Assembly: GCA_964478015.1 (NCBI GenBank) | Contig: CAYZGM010000001.1 | Coordinates: 2,981-66,980 of the forward strand | Direction: 5' to 3' | From: an uncultured Planctomycetia bacterium | GTDB taxonomy: Bacteria; Omnitrophota; Gorgyraeia; 2-02-FULL-51-18 | DNA: 64,000 nucleotides | Shown: one piece after another, positions 47,379 to 57,866 of the stretch | Layout of the letters: each line of letters starts with the position of its first letter | Position numbering within the stretch: position 1 is the first letter of the stretch | Made by a program: the position numbers and the translations under genes | Notes under the pieces: generated by a model | The model's database searches: none | What the model was told of the DNA's origin: nothing | Seen by the model: the letters and a program-made list of their open reading frames with translations, nothing else

Positions 47379-48527
47379 TTAACAACGCGCCCTTAGCCAG
47401 GACCCCACGTCCTCCGCCCCGATCCCCGACATGCAGGGGTGCCCCTCTACGGGGCATTGGGTTCGATGGCAGGGAGAGCATGGCACCGCATGGCGCAAAA
47501 AATGCGCGCTTTCAGCCAAAGATTTCCACTGGTCAAAAGAATTGGTGCCGCTAAACAAGAAGAGCGTGGGAATGGCCTGAGAGGCCGCCACATGGGCCGG
47601 GCCTGAGTCGGGGCCGACGTAGGCTCTCAGGGACCTCATCAAATAAAAAAGTTCCCGCAGACTTGTTTTTCCCACAAGATTTAGACAATTCTTCCCGGGC
47701 AACTTGGATAAAATTTTCTCGAGATATTTTGCGCCATCGGTGTCGTCTCCCAAAAGCACAATTTTAAGGTTGGGTGCCCCGGCGGCGAGGGCCGCGAGAA
47801 GCTTTTCTAGGTTCTGCAGCGGCCATTTTTTTGCCGACGTTCCCGCGTCCACTTGAATGGCAACCCATTTATCTTCAAGAAAACATTTCTCTTTTAAACT
47901 CTGTCGATAGCCGGCTTCTTCCTCGTGGGTCCAATAGAGTTTTGTCTTCAGCGGTGCGGGCTGGATCCCCAAAGAATGGAGCAGGTCGAGCGCGTGACGT
48001 GACTCATGCGCATTCCAAGCGTACGGGACTCGATGCGTCAAAAAAAAGCCTCCTCCCGTAATCCCGTACCCAAGCCTGATTTTTGCCCTGATTCTCCACA
48101 AAAGGAAATTTTCCCGTATATCGCCCCTGGGCGCCAGCGCCAGATCGAACCGCTCGGCACGGAGCGATCTCAGGAGGTCTGAAAATTTTGGCTCCGAGGG
48201 GCTCTTCGCGCCGGAACGCTTATACCAGCCGGGGCTAAAGATCCAAACACGGTTTACGTAGGGGTTGTTTCTCAGGAGCGTCTCGCCGGCGGCATTGGTG
48301 AGAAAGTGGATCTCGGCGCCCGAAAAGTTTTCCTTTAGAACTTGGGGAAGTGCTGCGGCTTGTAGAACATCCCCGAGATGATCCAGCCTCACGATCAATA
48401 TTTTTTTTGGACTGATCTTCCGCAGGGGGACACCATGCCTGCCCGGCGATGAAACAAGAACATTTCCTATTCCATCCAGAATGCTCGCCAGCAGCGCATA
48501 CCCTTTTTTCCGAAACACGTATCTCAC
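47379..48527 (-). CDS. Heptosyltransferase-family glycosyltransferase (GT9), fourth copy
   Basis: KKILIVRLDHLGDVLQAAALPQVLKENF; C-terminal GPDSGPAHVAASQAIPTLFLFSG. Confidence 0.75.
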   Translation of the reverse strand: MRYVFRKKGYALLASILDGIGNVLVSSPGRHGVPLRKISPKKILIVRLDHLGDVLQAAALPQVLKENFSGAEIHFLTNAAGETLLRNNPYVNRVWIFSPGWYKRSGAKSPSEPKFSDLLRSLRAERFDLALAPRGDIRENFLLWRIRAKIRLGYGITGGGFFLTHRVPYAWNAHESRHALDLLHSLGIQPAPLKTKLYWTHEEEAGYRQSLKEKCFLEDKWVAIQVDAGTSAKKWPLQNLEKLLAALAAGAPNLKIVLLGDDTDGAKYLEKILSKLPGKNCLNLVGKTSLRELFYLMRSLRAYVGPDSGPAHVAASQAIPTLFLFSGTNSFDQWKSLAESAHFLRHAVPCSPCHRTQCPVEGHPCMSGIGAEDVGSWLRARC

Positions 48528-49291
48528 TGAACGCCCCTATCGATGGCTTTTTTGGCAAAAATACGCAAAGAACCGGCTATTTCTTTCACCACGGGAATTC
48601 GTTCCAAAATTCCACCGATTGCCTCTGCGGATGGTGCCAAGGCACCGGGGATCCATGGGTGCAAAAAATCAAAGGGCTCGATGCAAATATCAGCGAAACC
48701 GTGATTTTTCAAAAAACGGTTGAGAGGCCATTTAAAAAAGGCCGTTTCGTCAGGCGTGTCCCCCATGAGGCGCTTCACGAAAGGGATATTTTTTTGGATC
48801 ATGATTTGGGGGTTCAGCATGTTAGGCTCACAGAATGCGATGACGCCCCCCCTTGCCAAAACGCGGCTAATTTCGGCGAAAGATGCCTCCATGTCCAGGT
48901 GGTGAAGAACCCTGATGCCTACGACCGCGTCAAAGACCCCGTCCTTGTAGGGCAAGGATTCGATATCGCATAGGCGAAAGTCGATTTTTTTTTCTTTTGT
49001 CTGACCAGCGGCGGGTAGAAAACGTTCGCGCGCTTTGGCTAAAAGTTCCGGCGAGATATCAATGGCGTGAAGATCGATCCCATGGCGCAGAAAGATCTCC
49101 GAAAAAAAACCCGTTCCGCAACCCACTTCCAGCACCCGCAGGCCCGGACGAAAACCGGCGGCCTTTGCCACCCAGTCCGCCCGTCTGACGGATCCGCGAT
49201 AACCCGAAGAAGTCGCCGAATTCCAATAAAACTCCGGGTGATGGAGAATTTTGCGGGCGTGCTCAAGTTCCAGGGCCTTGTTTTGACCCAT
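48524..49291 (-). CDS. Class I SAM-dependent methyltransferase
   Basis: LRVLEVGCGTGFFSE motif I, DAVVGIRVLHH motif II region. Confidence 0.8.
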   Translation of the reverse strand: MGQNKALELEHARKILHHPEFYWNSATSSGYRGSVRRADWVAKAAGFRPGLRVLEVGCGTGFFSEIFLRHGIDLHAIDISPELLAKARERFLPAAGQTKEKKIDFRLCDIESLPYKDGVFDAVVGIRVLHHLDMEASFAEISRVLARGGVIAFCEPNMLNPQIMIQKNIPFVKRLMGDTPDETAFFKWPLNRFLKNHGFADICIEPFDFLHPWIPGALAPSAEAIGGILERIPVVKEIAGSLRIFAKKAIDRGVQ

Positions 49292-49294
49292 GGG

Positions 49295-50800
49295 TCAATC
49301 GGTGTCTGTGCCGAAGTTGAACGCGTGGGTCCTTAGGAGGCGAAGCCCCGACCGGACGTAATTTACAAAAACATGGAAAGACCGGATGTCCCGGAGAGTG
49401 TTGAAAATATAGGTGGGACGAAGATAAAATCCCAGCAGGGCTTTTTTACGCAGGCTTATTAACTGCGCCGTGCTGAGCGTCAGGGTCCGGACAATGGGGC
49501 GCGCATAATCGCCCTTGGATAAATCTTGATCACTGAACAGGCCCATCTCCTTGGCGATCCGGTAGTACTCCGTTCCGGGCAGCGGGTACGCAATATTAAA
49601 ATCCAAGAAGCTCGGGTTGATTTTCTTGGCAAAATCCACGGTTTGTTTCACCGTTTCAAGCGTCTCCCAGGGAAGACCGATCAGAAAAAGGCCATAGGTT
49701 TTGATGCCGTGTTTCTTGCATAGGGCAATGGCTTTCTCCGCATCTTCAAGCTTGGCGCGTTTTTTCATTTTATCCAGCATTTCCTGGTTGCCGCTTTCAA
49801 TGCCGAAGCCGATCACCCAACAGCCGGCGCGCTTCATCGCTTCGAGCCGCTTTTCGCTGATCGTATCCACGCGGCTATTGGAGCCCCAGCGAATATCTAA
49901 TTTTCTTTCGATGATCATTCCGCAAAGGTCCGTCACCCATTTCTCATCCCAGGTAAACGTATCCGCCCGAAAGAAGAAATTGCGAATATGGTGATTTTTG
50001 ACGCATTCTTCGATCTCATCGACAATGTTGGCGGGAGTCCGTACCTTGAGCTTGTAGCCGGACGCAATGGTCACCGCGCAATAAATGCATTGGTGGGGGC
50101 AACCGCGCCCGGTATTGATCATGGTGATCGGCTCACCTGTGTCCGGCGCGACGTACAGATCGTTGTTTAAGAGGTGGCGGGCGGGAAATGGCAGCTGGTC
50201 CAGATTATCGACTTCGATGTAAGGCCTGTCGGCGTTACGCTTCAAGACTCCCTCCGAGCGGTAGGCCAGGCCCAGGATCGTGGAAAGGTCCTTTCTTTCC
50301 ACGATCTCTACGATCGCGTGTTCAGACTCTCCCCGGATGACAAGGTCCAGTTCCGGGAATTGCAGTAACACCTCATCATCTTTCGAAGTAAAGTGCGCCC
50401 CCTTTGCTACAGTGAGGATCTCAGGATCAATTTTTTTTGCGATACGGCAGGCCGCCAGATCCTGCTGGATCGTCGGGGTTGTCACGCTGACGAGTAGCAG
50501 GTCGGGCTTGAACCGGCGTAGATCTTTCTCAAGATCGTCCCACGGGGATTTTTTTGCCGCATAGTCCTCGATCCGGCAAGTGATTTCCAGTTTTTCCAGC
50601 ATGGCCGCCATGTAGGCCAGATCGAGCGGTGCACGGTTGGGCTGGGCAGTCATCCCCTCCACGGGGGCCTGGCACCGGTCGTCCCTCATGTAAACCCCGG
50701 TGGGAGGATAGATTAGGAATACTTTTTTGATCTTCTTATTTAACGAAGCTTCAGTCGACAAATCGATACTTGAGGAGGGTGAAAATGGCTTCAAACCCAT
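49295..50800 (-). CDS. B12-binding-domain radical SAM protein
   Basis: N-terminal B12-binding region; CPHQCIYCAV (CxxxCxxC) radical SAM cluster motif. Confidence 0.85.
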   Translation of the reverse strand: MGLKPFSPSSSIDLSTEASLNKKIKKVFLIYPPTGVYMRDDRCQAPVEGMTAQPNRAPLDLAYMAAMLEKLEITCRIEDYAAKKSPWDDLEKDLRRFKPDLLLVSVTTPTIQQDLAACRIAKKIDPEILTVAKGAHFTSKDDEVLLQFPELDLVIRGESEHAIVEIVERKDLSTILGLAYRSEGVLKRNADRPYIEVDNLDQLPFPARHLLNNDLYVAPDTGEPITMINTGRGCPHQCIYCAVTIASGYKLKVRTPANIVDEIEECVKNHHIRNFFFRADTFTWDEKWVTDLCGMIIERKLDIRWGSNSRVDTISEKRLEAMKRAGCWVIGFGIESGNQEMLDKMKKRAKLEDAEKAIALCKKHGIKTYGLFLIGLPWETLETVKQTVDFAKKINPSFLDFNIAYPLPGTEYYRIAKEMGLFSDQDLSKGDYARPIVRTLTLSTAQLISLRKKALLGFYLRPTYIFNTLRDIRSFHVFVNYVRSGLRLLRTHAFNFGTDTD

Positions 50801-51491
50801 GTCTCCAATTCAGTTTTTTACCCTCCTTGCGGGACCGAGGGTGGTAGTTGATCGGCACTTCAAAAATACGATACCCGGCTTTCCTTGCCTTGGCTGTAAA
50901 CTCCGGGCAGAATTCAAAACCCCGGCATCTGAGCTTAACCTTACCTAACACCTCACGCCGGAAAGCCTTGTAGCAGGTCGCTTCGTCCGATATGTTAGCA
51001 GAGTATAAAATATTTGCCAAGAAGTTTAGGGTTTGAATGCCTAAAAAATGGTGCAGATAGCGTATCTCGTAATGGGCGCCCAGAAAACGGTTGCAGAACC
51101 AATGCCAAACGAATAAATACTTGTTGACCCCCCAAAACCTCGTGCCATACACCACGGAGACTTCCGGATCTCTGAACTTACGCATGATTTGCAGGTAATC
51201 CTTGGGGTCGTACTCCAGATCGGCATCCTGAATAATGATCACGTCGCCACCGGCTTTTTTGAGGCCGGTAAGAATCGCCGCACCTTTACCCAGATTTTTG
51301 GAATGCCGCTCTGACCGAATATCCGGATAACTCTTAAGGATGCGTTCTTCAATGATCTTGGAGGTGCCGTCGGTCGATGCGTCATCGATGAGAATAATTT
51401 CCTTTTCCAGGGGAGTTGCGATGACACGTCTTACAAGTTCCTCGATCTGGGTCGCCTCGTTGTAAACGGGGATAATGACGGAAAGTTTCAC
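50751..51491 (-). CDS. Glycosyltransferase family 2 (dolichyl-phosphate-sugar-transferase-like); probable GTG start overlapping the wecB stop as GTGA
   Basis: KLSVIIPVYNEATQIEELVRRV...LIDDASTDGT; the ORF-track start at 51596 overlaps wecB by about 109 nt, so the GTG at 51491 is preferred. Confidence 0.8.
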   Translation of the reverse strand: MKLSVIIPVYNEATQIEELVRRVIATPLEKEIILIDDASTDGTSKIIEERILKSYPDIRSERHSKNLGKGAAILTGLKKAGGDVIIIQDADLEYDPKDYLQIMRKFRDPEVSVVYGTRFWGVNKYLFVWHWFCNRFLGAHYEIRYLHHFLGIQTLNFLANILYSANISDEATCYKAFRREVLGKVKLRCRGFEFCPEFTAKARKAGYRIFEVPINYHPRSRKEGKKLNWRHGFEAIFTLLKYRFVD

Positions 51492-52606
51492 GATAAACGG
51501 TGAGTTTCCACGATTTGAAGGATTCTTTCGGATGCGTGGCCGTCCCCGAAAGGATTTTTCCAGCTGCGTTTGAGGCGGATCATACGACGTGAGCACTTTA
51601 AAATATTTTCGGGTCGATAACCCGCGATCGCATTGGCCCCCACCTCGACCGTCTCGGGCCGTTCGGTGGACGTTCGAAGCGTCACGCAGGGCACACGCAA
51701 AATACAGCTTTCCTCCTGAACTCCGCCGGAATCCGACAGAATTAAGCGGGCCGCCGCTTCCAAACGCAAAAAGTCTAAAAAACCGACCGGCGCGTGCGCC
51801 CCAACACCCTTGGGCAGCGAAAGACCGAAGTGATGGAGCATTTTCACCGTGCGGGGATGGGCCGGAAAAACGATGGGCATTTTAAAATGAGCGGATACTT
51901 TCTCAAGGCCCCTGAGAATGGAGGCCAGCCGCTTTTTATCATCCACATTCTCTTGGCGATGTAGCGTGAGCAGAATAAAATCGTCTTTCTCTCCTAAGCC
52001 GTACGGCAGCTTCCGCGATTTTTTTTTGGCAATGCTTAAGTTTTGCAGAACTGCGTCCACGATCGTGTTCCCCGTCATAAAAATCTTTTTGTCCGGTATC
52101 CCCTCTCGCCTGAGGATCTTTCTGGCGCCTAGCGTTGGAGCGAACAAATAATCCGACACATGGTCGGTCATGATGCGGTTCACTTCCTCGGGCATCTCGC
52201 GGTCGTAGCTTCTGAGACCCGCCTCCACATGTCCAAGTTTCATCCCGGAGATCTTGGACGCGATCAGGGCCCCCGCGAGCACCGTGTTCGTATCCCCTTG
52301 CACGAGCACCGTGTGCGGCATTTCCTTGAGAAAAATTTTCTCAAGATCCGGGAGCATCCGGCCCACGTGGTGGCCGTGACCGGTGGATGGCGTCTGGTGC
52401 ACGGACAACTGATATTTTGGTTCCGGAAGTTCAAGTTCCTTAAAAAATACTCGATCCATCTCGTAGGAGTAATGTTGCCCGGTATGTAAAAGGACATAGG
52501 GTTGGCTGGATTTTTCAAGCAGGCGGATCAAAGCGCTGAGCTTGATGATTTCGGGACGCGTCCCCAGAATAACCGCGACGGGACGTGGGTTACTTCTTGA
52601 TTTCAT
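51488..52606 (-). CDS. wecB: UDP-N-acetylglucosamine 2-epimerase (WecB/NeuC family)
   Basis: RPVAVILGTRPEIIKLSALIRLL, HVEAGLRS, GNTIVDA, DSGGVQEE. Confidence 0.9.
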   Translation of the reverse strand: MKSRSNPRPVAVILGTRPEIIKLSALIRLLEKSSQPYVLLHTGQHYSYEMDRVFFKELELPEPKYQLSVHQTPSTGHGHHVGRMLPDLEKIFLKEMPHTVLVQGDTNTVLAGALIASKISGMKLGHVEAGLRSYDREMPEEVNRIMTDHVSDYLFAPTLGARKILRREGIPDKKIFMTGNTIVDAVLQNLSIAKKKSRKLPYGLGEKDDFILLTLHRQENVDDKKRLASILRGLEKVSAHFKMPIVFPAHPRTVKMLHHFGLSLPKGVGAHAPVGFLDFLRLEAAARLILSDSGGVQEESCILRVPCVTLRTSTERPETVEVGANAIAGYRPENILKCSRRMIRLKRSWKNPFGDGHASERILQIVETHRLS

Positions 52607-53663
52607 CTTTAAATATTCCAAGCATTCGTCTTGCATAATTAGTCATGGAAAAATCCCCCGCCCTCTGCAAGGCAGCCTGAGAAAGAGCGCGCCTAAGCTT
52701 CGCGTCCTCGGAATAGCGTCTCAGCGCCTCCGAAATTTGGTCGACATTTTCAGGGTCCACCATCAGCGCGGTATCCCCGGCCACCTCCGGCAGCGAACTC
52801 CGGTTGGAGCAGACGCCGCTTAAACCGCAACTCATGGCCTCCAAAACAGGCAGCCCAAAACCCTCATAAAGTGAGGTTATAGCATACCCCAGCGCGGCGT
52901 TGTAGAGATAAATTAGCTCATCCAACGCGACATAACCTAAAAAGACAACATCCTCCCGCAACCCCCGGTCTCGAACAAAGCTTTTGATCTGCTTGTCGGC
53001 AGTCGCGGGCTTTCCTACAATGACAAGAGCGAAAGAGTGGAGTTTTTTTTGCTTAAGTCTGTCATAGGCCTCCAGCAGACGCAGGTGGTTTTTCCGAGGC
53101 TCCAGAGTCCCAACGCTAATAAAAAATGGGCGTTGGATGCCGTGTTTGTCTAAGATGTTTTGCGCCGCGGCCGGGTTTGTTGTTCTTCTGAAGACAGGGT
53201 TTACCGCCAGAGGCACCACGCTTACACGTTCGGGTCCGATATTCAAGAACCGGGAGAGATCCCCCCGCGTGTGTTCGGAGCTTGCGATGATGCATTTCGC
53301 CCGACGCACCGCCCCTGGGAGCCAGCGTGACCAATAAAAACCGGAAACAACCCCCTGGTTTCCCGGATATGCCATGCCGATCAGATCGTGAACGGTCACC
53401 ACCGATGGAACGGAGCTCCACATGGGCGGGGCAAAACCCGGGCTGTAGAGAAGGTCCACCCTGTCATGCCGAGCCTTCAAGGGAAGAGTCGCAGATTCCC
53501 AATAAATTCGTCTTGGCGTATTCAGCTCTCTCCCGGAAGCGGTGTAGAGAAGAAACTCCGTTTCAGGCGATTCTTTTTTCATGGCCTGGATTAAATTTTG
53601 GGCGGCCATGCCGATTCCGGTCTTGCCCTGAACCACCGAGGCGTAATCGACCCCTATTTTCAT
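52590..53663 (-). CDS. Glycosyltransferase family 4 (GT-B)
   Basis: TSLYEGFGLPVLEAMSCGLSGVCSNRSSLPEVAGDTALMVDP. Confidence 0.8.
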   Translation of the reverse strand: MKIGVDYASVVQGKTGIGMAAQNLIQAMKKESPETEFLLYTASGRELNTPRRIYWESATLPLKARHDRVDLLYSPGFAPPMWSSVPSVVTVHDLIGMAYPGNQGVVSGFYWSRWLPGAVRRAKCIIASSEHTRGDLSRFLNIGPERVSVVPLAVNPVFRRTTNPAAAQNILDKHGIQRPFFISVGTLEPRKNHLRLLEAYDRLKQKKLHSFALVIVGKPATADKQIKSFVRDRGLREDVVFLGYVALDELIYLYNAALGYAITSLYEGFGLPVLEAMSCGLSGVCSNRSSLPEVAGDTALMVDPENVDQISEALRRYSEDAKLRRALSQAALQRAGDFSMTNYARRMLGIFKDEIKK

Positions 53664-54307
53664 CGGGACAGGATCCCCATAAGCATCAACGGCCGCTTGA
53701 TCAAAAAATTTCTCTTCACACGTTTCATGAAATAGGGTTTCATGCGCAACGAACCGCTGGCGGCAAAAATTTTACGCCAATCATTTTCTTTGAGCAGGCG
53801 TTCATTGCCAAAGTCCTTATGCCTGTAATAATAGCCGGGCACGCTGAAAATAAACACCGGCGCGACGCGCAGAGCCTCGGCAGACGCGGCCCGAATTTCT
53901 TCATCCGTCATGTGTTCAAGAACGCCTTGAGAAAAGACGGCATCAAAAGAATTCTTTGGATATCGCAGTCTGAATATATCCTGGTTTTCAAACAGAACGC
54001 TCGCTTTCCAATTTTTTGCGGTCTCGCGGGCCTTTTCAAGCACTTCTTCATCCCGGTCGCAGGCGTTCACATTCACGCCCGCCATCGAGAAAAAAACAGA
54101 CATGATGCCCGACCCGCAGCCGGCTTCAAGAAGCCTCGCGGGTTTGAGGTCCAAGACCCCCTTTAAAAAATCTCTATGAATGGCCGTGTGCTCGGCAAAA
54201 TATTCTTTTCCGCCGGCCCCCTCATAAAAATCACCCCACCTTTTCGTCTCTTTATTCACCGGCAAGCACCCCTTTTTCCCAACGCTTTGCCCAGCGCACG
54301 AATTCAT
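53660..54307 (-). CDS. Class I SAM-dependent methyltransferase
   Basis: LLEAGCGSGIMSVFFSMAGVNVNACDRDEEVL motif I, DAVFSQGVLEHM. Confidence 0.75.
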   Translation of the reverse strand: MNSCAGQSVGKKGCLPVNKETKRWGDFYEGAGGKEYFAEHTAIHRDFLKGVLDLKPARLLEAGCGSGIMSVFFSMAGVNVNACDRDEEVLEKARETAKNWKASVLFENQDIFRLRYPKNSFDAVFSQGVLEHMTDEEIRAASAEALRVAPVFIFSVPGYYYRHKDFGNERLLKENDWRKIFAASGSLRMKPYFMKRVKRNFLIKRPLMLMGILSR

Positions 54308-54992
54308 GGTAGGAGGATAGCACTGAATAGATGAAACCCTCCATTCCGTCTCGGAATCCCTGCTTCAAAAAATAGATGTCCAGAAAGCGATAAATCGGTC
54401 TTCCGAGCACATGCGCCATTCCAATCGTTTTCTCCTCTGACGGCTGGGCAATGGCCGTATACAATTGCAGTTTTTTCCAATAATCCTCCAACGTTTGAAA
54501 AGAAATGTGCCGTAAGGGCTCTCGCAGCAACCCTGTTTTTCCGTCCACCCTCAATTCTTCATGAACCGGGTTCTTAAAAACACCCCGCCCTCTCCGGAAT
54601 AGGCGAACAGGCTTATCATTTTGAAGGCCGCTGTACCGGAATTCCTTGTTGAAGAGCCGCGTATGACGCAATACTCGGTAGGCAACATCGGCGGTCTCAG
54701 AGGAAATCGTCCTTTGAATTTCACTCGCAAGCGCGACGCTCACCCGCTCATCCGCATCCACGGATAAAATCCACTCCCCCTTGGCCAGCGAAAGAGCAAA
54801 ATTTTTCTGGGATGAAAAATCATCGAATTTTCTGAGCAGCACGTTTGGCGTGAATCGCCTTGCGATTTCGCAGGTCCTGTCCGCGCTGTGGCTATCGACT
54901 AGAATTATTTCATCGGCAAACTTCAGGGCCGTCAGACAATCGGCGATATTATTTTCCTCATTCAGGGTGATAACAATAGCCGACAGCCTCAT
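54252..54992 (-). CDS. Glycosyltransferase family 2
   Basis: MRLSAIVITLNEENNIADCLTALKFADEIILVDSHSADRT. Confidence 0.8.
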   Translation of the reverse strand: MRLSAIVITLNEENNIADCLTALKFADEIILVDSHSADRTCEIARRFTPNVLLRKFDDFSSQKNFALSLAKGEWILSVDADERVSVALASEIQRTISSETADVAYRVLRHTRLFNKEFRYSGLQNDKPVRLFRRGRGVFKNPVHEELRVDGKTGLLREPLRHISFQTLEDYWKKLQLYTAIAQPSEEKTIGMAHVLGRPIYRFLDIYFLKQGFRDGMEGFIYSVLSSYHEFVRWAKRWEKGVLAGE

Positions 54993-55939
54993 CAGAGGCT
55001 CTCCGATATCTTAAATATTTCTCGGTCGGAGCGGCGATGCTCCTCGCCACGCAATTGATCTCGCCTTTTTAAGGCGGCCCCCAGCCTTCCCAAAGCCCAA
55101 AGAGTTCCCCACAAGAATTCTGGTCTTGCCTGGAACAAAAAATAGATCGGCCGGACGAGAATCCACAAAAAATAACTTGCCCAAATGCGCTCATCCGTAA
55201 TATTTTTCCAAATAAACAGATGATTATTCCGATGATTGATTGCGGCCAGCCGGCGACGCCCAAAGTGCTTTTTAAACGTGGCCTGGCCCTTATGATACAC
55301 GCGGCTTTGGGGGACATAGTAGCAGGCCCGGCCCGTCTTCCAGGCGCGGAAACAAATATCGGCGTCTTCCACCGTTCCGGGCAGATACAAGTCATCAAAA
55401 CCGCCCAATGCCAAAAAAATTTTTCGATGATATGCGCCGAAACCCGCCTGCATCGTAAATCCCGGCGCTCCCACTTTCGCTTCATATCCCTGGAAGCGAG
55501 TTTCGGCACGCAAGATCCCATTTTTAAAATCCATTTTAGATAAACTGCCCTCGTACTGCTTCCCGTCAAACGTCCACGCCTGCGGAGCCGCCAAAAAAGC
55601 ATCACGATGATTCCGGAACGCATCGATGAGCGGGTCTATGAAATCCGACTCCACTTTGAGGTCGTTGTTCAGCAAAATCACGATGTCCGCTGCGCTTTCC
55701 CGGGCAGCATCATTGAAAGAGCACAGGACGCGGTTCTTGGATAAACGGATCCTGATGGATGGGAATTCCTTTTTTAGCATCTCGACGCTTCCATCGCGGC
55801 TGTCATTGTCAATCACTGTAAGAGCGCAAGGGGTTAAGCTTTTTTCTACGGCCTCAACAATGGACGGAAGACACTCTCTCAGCAAATCTGTTCCCTTGTA
55901 GTTCAGCACAAATACTTCGGCTTTCAGCGGCTCATTCAT
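54992..55939 (-). CDS. Glycosyltransferase family 2
   Basis: VFVLNYKGTDLLRECLPSIV...VIDNDSRDGS; the ORF-track start at 56086 overlaps the upstream membrane-protein gene by 155 nt, so the start is moved to MNEPLK. Confidence 0.75.
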   Translation of the reverse strand: MNEPLKAEVFVLNYKGTDLLRECLPSIVEAVEKSLTPCALTVIDNDSRDGSVEMLKKEFPSIRIRLSKNRVLCSFNDAARESAADIVILLNNDLKVESDFIDPLIDAFRNHRDAFLAAPQAWTFDGKQYEGSLSKMDFKNGILRAETRFQGYEAKVGAPGFTMQAGFGAYHRKIFLALGGFDDLYLPGTVEDADICFRAWKTGRACYYVPQSRVYHKGQATFKKHFGRRRLAAINHRNNHLFIWKNITDERIWASYFLWILVRPIYFLFQARPEFLWGTLWALGRLGAALKRRDQLRGEEHRRSDREIFKISESL

Positions 55940-57776
55940 GGGGCAGCTCATACAAATAAATTCGTGAATTGTCTTTGCCATGGGCAAAATTTTCTTCGTG
56001 CAATAGTTTGGCTTGGCGCTGCGAGAGCGCGCTCTGGAGAACACTCGTCGCCCCCTCGGAAGTTTGCGTCGCCCTAAGAAGCGCATGGGTAAATCCTCGC
56101 GCTCTTATCTCATCGATTAATTTCTCGGCGCTAAGCAATGCAAGTTGCGGTTCAAGCCCCAAGAGAATATCCAATCGCGCGGAACGCCTGTCCAGGTAGT
56201 ACTGAGACGGCTCGTTCTCCAAAAGAATGGCGGCGCTTGGGTCCAAATGTTCATTGATCCAGGCCTGCATGGCATAAGAGCGCTCGGTTTTTTCCAGGTA
56301 TTTCGCCTTGGATGGATACGCAAGGTATCGTGATAATTTTCCGTTATAGTAAAAAATAAATAGGGCTTGCGTGAAAATGGCCGCGATCATCAGTGCTTTT
56401 AATGCCTTCCACGACTTGTCTCGATAACCAAATAGCTCTTCGGCTGCCAGGCCGCACAAAAGAACCAGCACAGGAACCAGTGGAAAAAGGAATCGGAAAT
56501 GCTGGACAAGATAGAACCAAAAAAGGAATTGGGAAATAATAAGAAAAAGAAGCCTTGCCTTGTCCTCTTTTTTCATGCGAACGGCTACGAGGATAGGCGT
56601 CAGCATCAGGACAAGGATCCCGACCTGGCTGTCTCCGCCGCCAAAACGCTCCGGATCCAAAAAGAAAAGAAAGGGCGCTCGAAAAAGCGCCGCCACTCCT
56701 CGGCCGATTCCGGTCTGGTCGCGTATATCACTTACCCACGCATGCCCGGTGAACCATGCGTTAAAGTAAGGAAAGATCGGATTCCCCGTGGCCAGGTAAG
56801 AACGCAAATACCACCCTGCGCACGGCAGGAGCGCCACGCAAGAGAAAATAAGCAAAACCCTGAACCCGCGCACCCCCTTTTCACGAAATGTTTTCCGGGC
56901 GAGCATCAGAAATAAAGCCGCCACGAATGGCGCGGCCAACAGCTTTACGGCCAAAGCGACGCCCGAAAAAAGCGCCGTTGCCATAAGAAACAATTCTTTC
57001 GATTCGTGAAAATAGCGCCACATGGCAAAAAAAGATAAGAAAAGAAAAAAACTCAGCGCGATGTCCGTGTAAGCATAGGGAGCTTGCGCCATGAATCCGG
57101 TCGTGGTTAACAAGAGCAGTGCCGCGGCGAGGCCTCTGGCGCGCGGCTCAAATAAGCGGCATGCGGAGGTCAACATTCCCGCGGTCCCCAAGAGAAAACC
57201 AAGGTTGTAAAGCTTGGAGAAAATTTCGCTCCGAAAAAGAAGCCCTTGTAAATACAGCATTTGGATCAACAACGGTTGGAAGGCGTTCACGCTGTAGGGG
57301 ATCGGATAAATCGCGCCCTTTTGGATGAACGCTTTTGGGCAGTAGAAATGATAGGCCAGCGCGTCCCTGCCCGGCTGCCCGGACGCGATTGCTAACAAGG
57401 TGACGAGAAGTGAAAGTGAGGCCACCCATGTTAAAAAAACCTCGAAGCCGCCGCGGAACGTAAAAAGTACTTTTAGATATCTTCCAAATGACGCAAGCCA
57501 CTCAAAAAACGATCGTAGGGTCGCAATCCACACCCCGATCACAACGATGGATAGCGCCCCGACTGACCAGAACCGAAGACCCGATAAAAGACCCAACAGC
57601 CAAATTGCGGAGGCAAAGAGCGCTGTCCCGAGACCCAGCGAAAAACACCCCTCTTCCATCTCATCCAGAAAAGGGTATCTCGCCAGCAAAAATAATAGAC
57701 GGCCGGTCTGCAGCAGCGCCGCCGCAAAAACCGCCCACAGTGGAAGCGTAAAAATTAGTTCAACGAAAGAACTCAT
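55932..57776 (-). CDS. Large polytopic membrane protein, GT-C-like (ArnT/PMT-like glycosyltransferase, or O-antigen polymerase/ligase-like)
   Basis: At least 12 hydrophobic helices over 614 aa, with a soluble C-terminal domain; no sharp family motif, so the call rests on architecture and context only. Confidence 0.45.
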   Translation of the reverse strand: MSSFVELIFTLPLWAVFAAALLQTGRLLFLLARYPFLDEMEEGCFSLGLGTALFASAIWLLGLLSGLRFWSVGALSIVVIGVWIATLRSFFEWLASFGRYLKVLFTFRGGFEVFLTWVASLSLLVTLLAIASGQPGRDALAYHFYCPKAFIQKGAIYPIPYSVNAFQPLLIQMLYLQGLLFRSEIFSKLYNLGFLLGTAGMLTSACRLFEPRARGLAAALLLLTTTGFMAQAPYAYTDIALSFFLFLSFFAMWRYFHESKELFLMATALFSGVALAVKLLAAPFVAALFLMLARKTFREKGVRGFRVLLIFSCVALLPCAGWYLRSYLATGNPIFPYFNAWFTGHAWVSDIRDQTGIGRGVAALFRAPFLFFLDPERFGGGDSQVGILVLMLTPILVAVRMKKEDKARLLFLIISQFLFWFYLVQHFRFLFPLVPVLVLLCGLAAEELFGYRDKSWKALKALMIAAIFTQALFIFYYNGKLSRYLAYPSKAKYLEKTERSYAMQAWINEHLDPSAAILLENEPSQYYLDRRSARLDILLGLEPQLALLSAEKLIDEIRARGFTHALLRATQTSEGATSVLQSALSQRQAKLLHEENFAHGKDNSRIYLYELPHE

Positions 57777-57866
57777 AGACTTTCGGAATCACGTAACTCT
57801 GCATGTAAAGGCAAAAAAATAACGCACCCCAAGCGATCGAAAACCACCTGAAGAATCCGCCGTTTT